Origin: a virus
Length of the DNA: 64,000 bases
Strand: one strand, 5' to 3'
IMG/VR virus record: IMGVR_UViG_3300045988_166055
Coordinates: 64,001 to 128,000 of that record
The notes below the pieces were generated by a model. It saw only the letters and a program-made list of their open reading frames with translations, was not told where the DNA came from and did no database searches. The position numbers and the translations under genes were made by a program. Below, piece after piece: positions 19,763 to 28,726 of this stretch. Position 1 is the stretch's first letter. Each line of letters opens with the position of its first letter.

Positions 19763-20965
19763 TTGGATCAGCTTAAGAAAGTTGCAAAACAAATACCTAT
19801 AAGACACAATGTATCTATCCGAGTAATTGATCCTACTTCCGGAAATGTTGTATCCGAGCATACAGGTCACAATGCTGCAACTAATTCATTAGTTACCGGA
19901 ATTGCTCACTACTTAAAGGGCGACGGTGTCCTTAACCAAGGGTATCATATGCTAAGTTCGTATGTCCCAATGTACATATCATTAGGTACAATGGGATTGA
20001 TAAATCAAGAATCAGATTCTGAAGGGCTTCCGTCAGGTCTAGGAGTTATAAGCTATAAAGATAAGTATCCAAATGATCCAGATCTAGAGGAAGCAAACAG
20101 ATTTGTTGATTATCTAACACAGACTCCTGGATACGGTGCAGACGGATACGACCCAAATGAAAATAATGGTCGAGAATATCTAGGTCTAGGTCCTGTGTTC
20201 GAAAAAAGAGTGCATAAAGAAATAAAACAAGAAATCCTACAGATTGGTGATATAAACTTTGATGGTAAAGTAGACTATCAAGATGTTATGCTACTAGTTG
20301 ATTACAATTGCGGTGTTAAACAGCTTTCTGAAAAGCAACTTTTCGTTGCTCAAGCAGACGAAAACGGATCTGTATCTTGTGAAACTGTTCAGAAGGTAAA
20401 AGATTGTGCAGAAGGAAAGATACTTCCATCCGAACTAGGTACAGCTATTTATCAGCCTAAGAGTGCTCCAACAGTAAATTGCGAGCTTATATCTGAATCA
20501 TTTCCAAGAGCTAAAATTGCATTCAGAGATATTGTACCTGAAACGGAAGCAGAATTTCCTCAAACAGTTGATGTTGTGTATAGTGCAATGATATCTACAG
20601 GAGCACTTTCGCAATTTAGAGAAACAGATAAGGATTATATCTACATTACAGAGGCTGGTCTTTGGTCTAAGCCTGATTGGTCAGACGGAGGCGACAACGG
20701 ATTGCTTGCCGGTTACAGAATATCTCCTCCTAACTCTAACAATTGGAAGATGGCTGAATGGGATACACAGAGACATGTTTATTTTGATTCACCAGAATGC
20801 AAAGAAAACAGACGAATTCTAAAACAAAATATAATCAAAGTTAAACGAAATCAAATAGTACAAGTTGTGTGGAAGATACAGATAGGCGGAATGGATCAGC
20901 TTGGAGGAATAATGAGCCTGTACCCGCACTACTCACCGACTCTTAAATGGATAAATTGGGAATAA
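19763..20965 (+). CDS. tail fibre / receptor-binding candidate with an internal dockerin-like module
   Basis: TTG start 8 nt after AAGGAG; last large gene of the baseplate module; GDINFDGKVDYQDVMLLVDY matches a dockerin Ca-binding repeat. Confidence 0.55.
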   Translation: MDQLKKVAKQIPIRHNVSIRVIDPTSGNVVSEHTGHNAATNSLVTGIAHYLKGDGVLNQGYHMLSSYVPMYISLGTMGLINQESDSEGLPSGLGVISYKDKYPNDPDLEEANRFVDYLTQTPGYGADGYDPNENNGREYLGLGPVFEKRVHKEIKQEILQIGDINFDGKVDYQDVMLLVDYNCGVKQLSEKQLFVAQADENGSVSCETVQKVKDCAEGKILPSELGTAIYQPKSAPTVNCELISESFPRAKIAFRDIVPETEAEFPQTVDVVYSAMISTGALSQFRETDKDYIYITEAGLWSKPDWSDGGDNGLLAGYRISPPNSNNWKMAEWDTQRHVYFDSPECKENRRILKQNIIKVKRNQIVQVVWKIQIGGMDQLGGIMSLYPHYSPTLKWINWE

Positions 20966-20977
20966 GGAGTGATAGAT

Positions 20978-21355
20978 TTGAAGAAGGTAATACATGCTGC
21001 TGAAGAAGAATACAGTCAGATTCTATTTACTCCTTCATCTCTAGTTGATTTCTTAACTCAAGTAGACGAGCTTAAAGATGTCAACATAGGCGTAAATGAT
21101 GACGGAGAAAATGTTTCAATCTCTATCGGGGATTCAACATATCAAATAAATCCTAAGTCAGTTACAAATATTGATGTATCTGATGATGATCTAGATCAAG
21201 CTTGTCAAGCGAACGAAAGTAATTATGACGAGCTTGAAGAGTCAGGTTCAATTGAAGTGAATGATTCAGTTGAATCGGGAATCATAAAACAGCTATTAAA
21301 GACCTTAGCAATAGGCGGAATAGTACGTTTAGCTGCTAAGGAATTGAAAAATTGA
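20978..21355 (+). CDS. acidic hypothetical protein
   Basis: TAAGGAG SD; TTG 20978 has better spacing than GTG 20969; acidic, with an amphipathic C-terminus. Confidence 0.5.
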   Translation: MKKVIHAAEEEYSQILFTPSSLVDFLTQVDELKDVNIGVNDDGENVSISIGDSTYQINPKSVTNIDVSDDDLDQACQANESNYDELEESGSIEVNDSVESGIIKQLLKTLAIGGIVRLAAKELKN

Positions 21356-21366
21356 GGTATTGGAAT

Positions 21367-22752
21367 ATGAAAGATACTAGAAAGAAGATTGTATCTGATA
21401 TAGAATCAGAAAAGCCCAAGAACCCTGTCATTGGAATATTTGAAGGTGAGTGTGCTGATTCAAACATAACAAATGAGAATGGACTAGATATAACTAGACC
21501 TGTATGGGAAAACATATTTAGTTCTGAATCGTATCAGCAAGCTATTGAACTTGGATGGTACATAGGATTCCTAGGACATCCCGATGATCCTGGATGTATG
21601 GACTTCCGAAATGCTTGTATTGTAATGACAGAAGGACATATAGATGATAACGGAAAAGTATATGGTAAATTTAATCTGATTGATACTCCTGTTGGTAGGA
21701 CAGTTAAAACATTCATAGACGCAGGTGTAACATTCGGAATTTCTGTAAGAGGCGCAGGGGACATTGTAAACAATTCTGTTGATCCTGATACATTTGTATT
21801 TAGAGGATTTGACCTTGTATCGTTTCCTGCGTTTCCTGAAAGCATCCCTACTTTTACATCGATTGCAGCTTCTAGCGATGTAGAGTCCCAGAAGAAGTAT
21901 AAAGCAATTTGTGCAGCAGTTAAAGAGAATCTACCTAACATTGATAGCTGCGAAGCTATTGATATTCTACAGTGTCAGTTTGCTGAACAGTCTGATGAAT
22001 ATAAAGCTTTAGAAGACAGAAAGAAAGAAATAAAAGGATGTAATTTAACTGACGATGATTTAAGTGAATGCGATGATGTAGACATTACAAAAGATAAAGT
22101 AGAGTCAATGACAAAACTTTATCTAGAACAGGTAGAAGCAAACAATCATCTGAAGAAAGAAAATCAAATTCTTTCAAGTAAATTAGCTTCAAACGAAATT
22201 GAAGCAAGACGAAAGATTTCTTCTATTAGTAGAATAACAGCAGATCAGATAAAATGTGCAACAGATGCAAAGGATGCTGCAGAGAAAAGATGCAAGCAAT
22301 TAGTTGCAGCGTCAATCAGAATGAAAGAGACGATTTCGCAAGAAAGATCAAACAACCTTAAATATCTACAGAAGATAAGCGAAAGCAAGAATATTGTTGA
22401 TTCTAAGGATTCTTTAATTTCTTCTCTAAAAACCAGACTCAATGAAACCGTCAATGCTTCTGCTAATGTAGAGAGAAGAACTTCAAACCTTGACGAACAG
22501 TTAAAGCGATCCAAGGCTGAAATAGTAGCTTGCAAAAAGATGCTTAAAGATTATCAGGATGCTTATGCAGAACTGTATTCGCAAGCAGTTGGAGCTGATC
22601 TTCAGAAGGTTAAAGTAACTGAATCAACAAGTGTAGCTTCACTTCGTTCTGCTATTACAAGCTCAATAAGTAGAAAACCATCCTCTATTAGAGAGCCTGA
22701 AGAAATTGATGTAGATGATTGTTACTTTGACGATGACATGGTAACTATTTAA
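21367..22752 (+). CDS. prohead protease / scaffold-like protein
   Basis: Sits directly upstream of the capsid gene; globular N-terminus (FLGHPDDP...GISVRGAGD), long coiled-coil C-terminal half. Confidence 0.45.
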   Translation: MKDTRKKIVSDIESEKPKNPVIGIFEGECADSNITNENGLDITRPVWENIFSSESYQQAIELGWYIGFLGHPDDPGCMDFRNACIVMTEGHIDDNGKVYGKFNLIDTPVGRTVKTFIDAGVTFGISVRGAGDIVNNSVDPDTFVFRGFDLVSFPAFPESIPTFTSIAASSDVESQKKYKAICAAVKENLPNIDSCEAIDILQCQFAEQSDEYKALEDRKKEIKGCNLTDDDLSECDDVDITKDKVESMTKLYLEQVEANNHLKKENQILSSKLASNEIEARRKISSISRITADQIKCATDAKDAAEKRCKQLVAASIRMKETISQERSNNLKYLQKISESKNIVDSKDSLISSLKTRLNETVNASANVERRTSNLDEQLKRSKAEIVACKKMLKDYQDAYAELYSQAVGADLQKVKVTESTSVASLRSAITSSISRKPSSIREPEEIDVDDCYFDDDMVTI

Positions 22753-22783
22753 TTACAAATTTTATATAGGAGAGTGTTTCAAT

Positions 22784-24151
22784 ATGATCACTAAGCGTTC
22801 CACTGCTCCTGCCCGCAGACCTGTCACTGCCGGTCAGAGCATTACTTCTGGCGTTCGTAATCGTAACGCTTCCGCTATTAAGTCCTCAGTAAATCTTACT
22901 CCGTCACAGAGAATGTTCGCTAATCAGATCGCTCGTAACTGTAGAAAGCCTGGCGCTATCATGGCAGCTACAAATACATCAAACATCATGGCTCGTCCCG
23001 ACTTCCTGGACCTGCTGCCTGTGTTTGTTCAGAAGCTGATTGTAACTGACATCTTCGGTTCCGTTGCGATGCGTTCTCGTCAGCAGCTGGTTCCTTACTT
23101 CAAGTTCATTGCTGAGAACACTAAGGGAGAGACCAAGTCTGGTACCGTTATGTCTTCTCCGTTTGCTAACCGCCAGGGCGTTGATCCTAACTTTACTGGT
23201 CGGGTAGTAAAGAACGAAGAGGTTGACGGTCAGCTGATGTATACTCCTGTTCTGCCTGGCACTGTTACCATTAAGAGCGCTCAGGGAGTATTCGTTGATA
23301 AGGGTGACGGCAAGCTGTACAAAGCCGATACTCAGGAAGAATCAGGAACCATTGATTATGCTACCGGCGAGATTGGCACCCTGACAGGTGACATGACTGC
23401 TACCTACCAGTACGACAATGAGACTGTTGGTCCTGACACCAATGGCCAGTACGGTGCTAAGATGGGTAAGGGTTACCTGCAGCTTGATGAGTTCAATCTG
23501 GTCGCTGAGGCCAAGGAGCTCGCTTGCTACTGGAGTATCTATTCTGCATTTGCTGCTCAGCAAGAATATGGTTCCAACATCGCTGACATGGCCAAGGAGG
23601 CCGCTGTTGGTGAGATCACTGCTGAAATCAACACCTCTTGCCTGGATATGCTGATGCAAGCAGCTTCTTACAAGCCTGCTTTCAACTGGGATGCTTCTCC
23701 TGTTCTGTCTGGTGCAGTTGTTCCTTCTGATTACCTGAACATGTTCAAGCTGAAGCTGGGTCAGGCTGCTGCTTCTATCTACCAGCAGACTCGCATGACT
23801 CGCCCGAACCGTCTAGTGGTAGGTACTACCGCAGCTGAGTACATCGGCATGATCAACGGCTTCAAGGGTGACAACATCGATGACACTGTTGGTCCTTACA
23901 AGTTCGGTACTCTTGACCAGTTCGAGATATATGTCAATCCTTCTTACGATCCTGATTCTTGGGTCATGTGCTGCAAGAGTAACGACATTAGAAAGAACAC
24001 GGCTCTGTTCGGCGAGTATATGCCTATCACCAACACTGATGTGGTTGGTCTGGCTAACATGTCCGCGCAGCAAGGCTATGCCACAATGTACGCAAGCAAG
24101 GTCGTCAACCCTGCCACTTGCGTGAAGGGCAAGATCCTAGGCACTTTCTAA
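22784..24151 (+). CDS. major capsid protein (candidate)
   Basis: 455 aa; strong SD TAGGAGAG; marked shift to CTG/AAG/GGT/CGT codons (high-expression style); strong terminator downstream; follows the scaffold-like gene. Confidence 0.65.
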   Translation: MITKRSTAPARRPVTAGQSITSGVRNRNASAIKSSVNLTPSQRMFANQIARNCRKPGAIMAATNTSNIMARPDFLDLLPVFVQKLIVTDIFGSVAMRSRQQLVPYFKFIAENTKGETKSGTVMSSPFANRQGVDPNFTGRVVKNEEVDGQLMYTPVLPGTVTIKSAQGVFVDKGDGKLYKADTQEESGTIDYATGEIGTLTGDMTATYQYDNETVGPDTNGQYGAKMGKGYLQLDEFNLVAEAKELACYWSIYSAFAAQQEYGSNIADMAKEAAVGEITAEINTSCLDMLMQAASYKPAFNWDASPVLSGAVVPSDYLNMFKLKLGQAAASIYQQTRMTRPNRLVVGTTAAEYIGMINGFKGDNIDDTVGPYKFGTLDQFEIYVNPSYDPDSWVMCCKSNDIRKNTALFGEYMPITNTDVVGLANMSAQQGYATMYASKVVNPATCVKGKILGTF

Positions 24152-24187
24152 TCCTTTTAAGGATACTAACTTCATCATTTATCACAG

Positions 24188-24219
24188 CCCGGTCTCGAAA
24201 GAGACCGGGTTTATTTTTG
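24188..24219 (+). terminator. rho-independent terminator
   Basis: CCCGGTCTC-GAAA-GAGACCGGG then TTTATTTTT. Confidence 0.85.
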
Positions 24220-24245
24220 TATTATTCTATATCATTTCTTTTTCA

Positions 24246-24262
24246 GAATCGTTATTGTAATT
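24246..24262 (+). promoter_or_regulatory. class A box (GAATCGTTAT)
   Basis: GAATCGTTATTGTAATT, 16 nt upstream of ATG 24278. Confidence 0.55.
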
Positions 24263-24277
24263 AAGAGGTGATACTAT

Positions 24278-26092
24278 ATGGGTGGACACATAAAGGTGCC
24301 GGATAATGTGTTTAGAAAATGCGAAATTTGCGGAGATACATTTCATCCTAATACATATAGACAAAGAACATGTGGAAAGCCAAAGACAAAAACTTGTCCC
24401 GTTTGCGGAAAACAATTTGAATATTCATGCAAACCCGATTATATTAAAACCACTTGTTCAAGGAAATGCGCGGATATACTTGCTAAGAAAGTTAGAAACG
24501 ACAATTCGGAAAAGCTAACTAGAAAATGTGCATATTGTGGAAAAGAATTTACGCCTAAGACAAAAAAAGATATTTATTGTAGTGGCCCACACTACAAGAA
24601 TTGTGAAGTATGCGGAAAAGAATTCGAGTTTGATGTAAGAGGATATTCTAACATAAAGACTTGTTCTAAAGAATGTAGATATAAATTATCATCTAGAAAC
24701 AAAGACATTGAATCTATGATTCGGAATCATAAGAAAACAATGACTGAAAAGTACGGTGTTGATCAACCTATGCACATTCCTGGAGTAATAGAAAAGATCA
24801 AGGAAACAAATCGAGAAAGGTACGGATCAGATTGGTATACGCAAACTTCGGAATACAAGAAATCAGTTGAAGAAACTTCATTATCCAGATATGGAGTAAA
24901 ACATTTTCTTTCAAGCGAAGATGTTAAGAATAAAAGAAGAGATACATGTAAAGAAAAATATGGATTCAGCAACTATGCTTTTCTTATGGTTGATCACCCT
25001 GAAAAACTTGAAAAATGGATTGAATTCAGAAAAGACGGAAAGAAGTACATATCAGAGAACTATTCAGAAAAGCCTACTAGAAATCAGCTATCAGAAGATT
25101 TAGGAGTATCATATTCTACTATTTCTCAAGAAATACGACTGAAGGGCTTAGATGATTATGTAATGTGTAATGTATCTTACATGGAAGACGAAATAGTAGA
25201 CGAGCTGAGGAAACTGATTCCTGATGTTCAAATCATTCGAAGATGTAAGAATTTAATAACACCGTATGAATTAGATATTTATCTACCTGAATATGAAGTT
25301 GCAATAGAATGCAATCCAACTTATACGCATAATTCGTCTACAAGTAGTTTCACAAATAAACCAAAGCCTATTAGATACCATCAAATGAAAACAGAAATGT
25401 GCGAAAGAAAAGGTGTATTTCTTTTTCATGTATTTGGTTATGAATGGTACAGCAGAAAAGAAATCCTACTTAGTATGATAGGTAATCTTTTAAGATGTAA
25501 TAGAAATAGGGTATATGCTCGAAAATGCAAACTAATTGATGTTTCGTCTAATGAATCTAGATCATTCCTAGAATGTAATCATAGACAAGGAGAAGCGTCA
25601 GCATCAATTAAGCTAGGACTAACTTACAATGACGAGTTAGTTAGTTTGATGACATTTGGAAAGCTAAGAGGAACAATTGGCACAGATAAATCGGATACAT
25701 CTAATTGCTGGGAATTAGTACGGTTTTGTTCTAAGTTAGGCACAAATGTTGTTGGTGGCGCAAGCAAGCTATTCAAATACTTTGTTGATAATTACAATCC
25801 AGAAGAAATAAGATCATTTTCAGATAGGGCTCATACAAAGGGAAATTTGTACTATAAATTAGGATTCCATGAATTGCGAAGATCTGACCCCGGGTATGTT
25901 TGGGTTGAACTTGCTACAGATAATCCTGTTAATAGAGTAACTGTACAGAAATCAAATATAAAATCCTTTCTTCATGATGATTCAATTGACCTTTCTCTTA
26001 GTGAATCGGAAATAATGATTCAACACGGTTTCGTAAAGGTATTTGATTCAGGCACAATAACATGGCAGTTGAATAAACAAAAATCGTTATAA
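24278..26092 (+). CDS. multi-zinc-ribbon protein with HTH and PD-(D/E)XK-like nuclease region; homing-endonuclease-like selfish gene candidate
   Basis: Four CxxCGKxF...C(S)xxC units; HTH (LSEDLGVSYSTISQEI); DIYLPEYEVAIECNP nuclease-like motif; free-standing between a terminator and the next operon. Confidence 0.45.
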   Translation: MGGHIKVPDNVFRKCEICGDTFHPNTYRQRTCGKPKTKTCPVCGKQFEYSCKPDYIKTTCSRKCADILAKKVRNDNSEKLTRKCAYCGKEFTPKTKKDIYCSGPHYKNCEVCGKEFEFDVRGYSNIKTCSKECRYKLSSRNKDIESMIRNHKKTMTEKYGVDQPMHIPGVIEKIKETNRERYGSDWYTQTSEYKKSVEETSLSRYGVKHFLSSEDVKNKRRDTCKEKYGFSNYAFLMVDHPEKLEKWIEFRKDGKKYISENYSEKPTRNQLSEDLGVSYSTISQEIRLKGLDDYVMCNVSYMEDEIVDELRKLIPDVQIIRRCKNLITPYELDIYLPEYEVAIECNPTYTHNSSTSSFTNKPKPIRYHQMKTEMCERKGVFLFHVFGYEWYSRKEILLSMIGNLLRCNRNRVYARKCKLIDVSSNESRSFLECNHRQGEASASIKLGLTYNDELVSLMTFGKLRGTIGTDKSDTSNCWELVRFCSKLGTNVVGGASKLFKYFVDNYNPEEIRSFSDRAHTKGNLYYKLGFHELRRSDPGYVWVELATDNPVNRVTVQKSNIKSFLHDDSIDLSLSESEIMIQHGFVKVFDSGTITWQLNKQKSL

Positions 26093-26144
26093 TAATTGTA
26101 GATAGAAATGACTTATCAAAATTTATCGAAAGGAACAAAGTTTT

Positions 26145-27032
26145 ATGACAAGAGAAGAACAACTTTCTACTATTAAGCAGCTTCGTGATCTTACAGCAGA
26201 TCTTGAATGGCAGCAGGATACACTTGATGAACTTGAATGGAGCAGCTACGATCCTCCTGTAAAGCCTGTTTTGAAAACATATACCAAGCCTGCATACCCT
26301 GAGCCAGAGTCTTCCATGAGGTTCAACTGGAAGGTTTTCAACTACTTTTGGGCTATTACAGCTCTTATTTTTCTTGGCATCTGTAAGCTGTTTGATACAC
26401 CTATTTTTCTGCTTCTTCACGTAGCTATTACCATTGGATACGTCATGAAGTATCGTGAAATGAAAAAGGCTGATGTTGAGAAAGTTAGAAACTCTGCTGA
26501 ATTCAAAGCTAAGTTGAAGCAAATTGATGATGACTACGACAGTCTGGTTTATGCAGCTAAAGCGAAATACGAAAAGGATATGGATGAATGGAAGAATGAT
26601 TTGATGCCTAGATACGAGATCGACAAGGTCAAGTACGAAGCAAAGAAACGTGAAGATATTGCTAACTGCAAAGCCGCTATCACTCATGACAAGCGAGAAA
26701 TTTCTCGTATTTATGGTGAGACTAAAATCCTTCCTACTGCTTACAGGTCTCTTCCTATTCTAGAATACATTGAAGAATTCATGGCTTCTTCTAACTTCGA
26801 TGTAAATCGAGCAATTGAGAACTACGACAGAGAACAGCAGAGATGCATTGATGAAAAGAGGTTCCAGCAGGAGGTTTATTACAATCAGCTTCAGGAGCAA
26901 ATGGTTGATGCTCAGGAAAGAGCAAACAGCATTGCAGATAGAGCTAGACGCGATGCTAACAGAGCAGATTTTGTTGCAGCTGTTCAGCGTCATAACACTA
27001 ATAAGCATTTGAAGAGGATGGCTGAGAAGTAA
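26145..27032 (+). CDS. membrane-anchored coiled-coil protein
   Basis: Hydrophobic span FNYFWAITALIFLGICKLF...LLLHVAITIGYV, then a charged helical region. Confidence 0.55.
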   Translation: MTREEQLSTIKQLRDLTADLEWQQDTLDELEWSSYDPPVKPVLKTYTKPAYPEPESSMRFNWKVFNYFWAITALIFLGICKLFDTPIFLLLHVAITIGYVMKYREMKKADVEKVRNSAEFKAKLKQIDDDYDSLVYAAKAKYEKDMDEWKNDLMPRYEIDKVKYEAKKREDIANCKAAITHDKREISRIYGETKILPTAYRSLPILEYIEEFMASSNFDVNRAIENYDREQQRCIDEKRFQQEVYYNQLQEQMVDAQERANSIADRARRDANRADFVAAVQRHNTNKHLKRMAEK

Positions 27033-27033
27033 T

Positions 27034-27426
27034 ATGAAGAGAGAGAAAGGTGTAAGACATTATTGGGAGATTACTCTTGGCACAGAGACATTTCAAGAAA
27101 AATACAAAGGTGGAGTTTTATGGTACTTGAAACACGATTTTAGGGTACCTCCTCTGCATCCTACACTTCATAACTCATCTTTGGAATCATGGCTGAATGA
27201 CATCAAAGATGGAAATGCAGAAAATGTACCAGATTGGCTTATAGAAAATGTCAAATTCGTAGAAAGTAAATCGTTCAAATGCGATGATTGTGGGAAGATT
27301 GTTTATGAACCAAATCAAGCAATCATCATTCCGGGATACACATTACATTTCTGCTCATATAAGTGTGCTTGCGATTATGGCTTAGGTTGTTACAGACTTT
27401 CTGTTCAAGATGCACTTGATCTTTGA
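27034..27426 (+). CDS. small protein with C-terminal FCS/TRASH-type zinc finger
   Basis: CDDCGKIV...HFCSYKCACDYG. Confidence 0.55.
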   Translation: MKREKGVRHYWEITLGTETFQEKYKGGVLWYLKHDFRVPPLHPTLHNSSLESWLNDIKDGNAENVPDWLIENVKFVESKSFKCDDCGKIVYEPNQAIIIPGYTLHFCSYKCACDYGLGCYRLSVQDALDL

Positions 27427-27429
27427 TAA

Positions 27430-27448
27430 GAATCGTTATATTAAGTAT
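27430..27448 (+). promoter_or_regulatory. class A box
   Basis: GAATCGTTATATTAAGTAT. Confidence 0.5.
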
Positions 27449-27485
27449 CTAACATATCAAAACTTGAATACTAGAGGCTACTAAC

Positions 27486-28052
27486 ATGACAATTGCTTAC
27501 TTTGAAGGAAAGAAATACACTACCTGCAAAGATTTAAGAAAAGCTGTATTTGAATGGTGTATTGAAAAAGACATTATTCTTCCTAGCGGATCCTCTATAG
27601 TAAATCTTTGGAAACACTGGAAGATAACAAACAAATATATAGATGTTTTGTCTAGAATTGATATTGTAGATGATAGAGGTGAATTTAGACCCGATAGAAT
27701 TAGATATGTCATTGATGACAAATTCTTTGACAACACAAGCTCGCTGTATCGATATATTGATTTCTATCACAGAAGAGACATTGAGCGTGTTCGAGAAGAG
27801 AACATCAATATGTATCTTTTCAATTCTAGATTTGATACAAGCAAAATGAATTTGAAGAACAAGGTTAAAGTAGTATTTCTTCCTAAAATTTATTGCCCTA
27901 AATGTCATAGAAAGATTTTCCTTGGTGAAAATGTATTTCACACAGATAAAATGTCTAACTATTGTTCGTATGACTGTTTACCTGAAGGTGAAAGATATAT
28001 TCAGAGAATATTAAGAATGGAGGATTTGCTCTATGCCCCAGCGGTCGTATGA
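27486..28052 (+). CDS. small protein with C-terminal FCS/TRASH-type zinc finger
   Basis: CPKCHRKI...NYCSYDCLPEG. Confidence 0.55.
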   Translation: MTIAYFEGKKYTTCKDLRKAVFEWCIEKDIILPSGSSIVNLWKHWKITNKYIDVLSRIDIVDDRGEFRPDRIRYVIDDKFFDNTSSLYRYIDFYHRRDIERVREENINMYLFNSRFDTSKMNLKNKVKVVFLPKIYCPKCHRKIFLGENVFHTDKMSNYCSYDCLPEGERYIQRILRMEDLLYAPAVV

Positions 28053-28218
28053 ATATAAAGGTGTAACAATCTATCTTTATTACTATGGGTGTTTTCTTTT
28101 CTACGCTGAAAAGAATAAATATGGGCTAAAGCACGGACGGTGGAAATGGATTAGTTTTTGCAATACAGATGAAGCGGAACAATTCATAGACAAGCATATA
28201 GATACTTTCTGTTGGTGA
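28033..28218 (+). CDS. hypothetical protein (61 aa)
   Basis: ATG after GGAGG SD; overlaps the upstream 3' end. Confidence 0.5.
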   Translation: MPQRSYEYKGVTIYLYYYGCFLFYAEKNKYGLKHGRWKWISFCNTDEAEQFIDKHIDTFCW

Positions 28219-28237
28219 ACCTTATATTTTTATGTGA
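28215..28237 (+). promoter_or_regulatory. class B box
   Basis: GTGAACCTTATATTTTTATGTGA. Confidence 0.5.
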
Positions 28238-28321
28238 TAGGCGGGAGATACTATATCTTTCGTTGTATGATGAAGTTAATAAAAAACAAAGATCACATAA
28301 ATCATTTTGGAGGTTATCTAA

Positions 28322-28726
28322 ATGAGTTACAAGATTACTATTAAGTTCACCAAGCCTGTTAAGGTTGAAGCATCTATTCCTACTTATCCAATTGCCCCTG
28401 AATTTGTTCTGGGTCAGTCTTATGTGGATGAGAAGGCTTTCCGTGACCAGGCAGGCGATACCGCTTATTCCAAGAACATTTGGGAGAAGGGTGAGTTCCT
28501 GATGGCTCAGGACCTGTCTGAGTTCCTAGGTGAAGTTTCTGTCCATCCTGGTGTTGTTCTTGCTTGCAAGTCCGCTATTCTGGCTGCTGAGGCTGCCGAA
28601 GCTTCTTCTGGTGAGAATGCTGGTTATGAGTTCATAACTGATGACTACAAAGACAAGATGCTGTACGAAGAGATCGGTCGTGCTCTTGCCGGTCAGGGAT
28701 TCGAGGTAACTGTCGACCCTACGTAA
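28322..28726 (+). CDS. abundant small virion protein candidate (134 aa)
   Basis: SD GGAGG; same G+C-rich, CTG/AAG-type codon usage as the capsid gene. Confidence 0.65.
   Translation: MSYKITIKFTKPVKVEASIPTYPIAPEFVLGQSYVDEKAFRDQAGDTAYSKNIWEKGEFLMAQDLSEFLGEVSVHPGVVLACKSAILAAEAAEASSGENAGYEFITDDYKDKMLYEEIGRALAGQGFEVTVDPT

Noticed and set aside
23418-24125. Alternative-frame + strand ORFs inside the capsid gene (23418-23654, 23868-24125)
   Set aside because: The G+C-rich codon style of this gene removes stop codons from the other frames. Neither ORF has an SD or an independent signal.
25998-26687. 229-aa minus-strand ORF, and all other minus-strand ORFs in the track (for example 41125-41595, 21534-21941, 7150-7494, 27534-27941)
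   Set aside because: Each lies entirely antisense to a longer + strand gene that has an SD and recognisable motifs. They have no SD sites and a low-complexity composition typical of shadow frames in AT-rich DNA.
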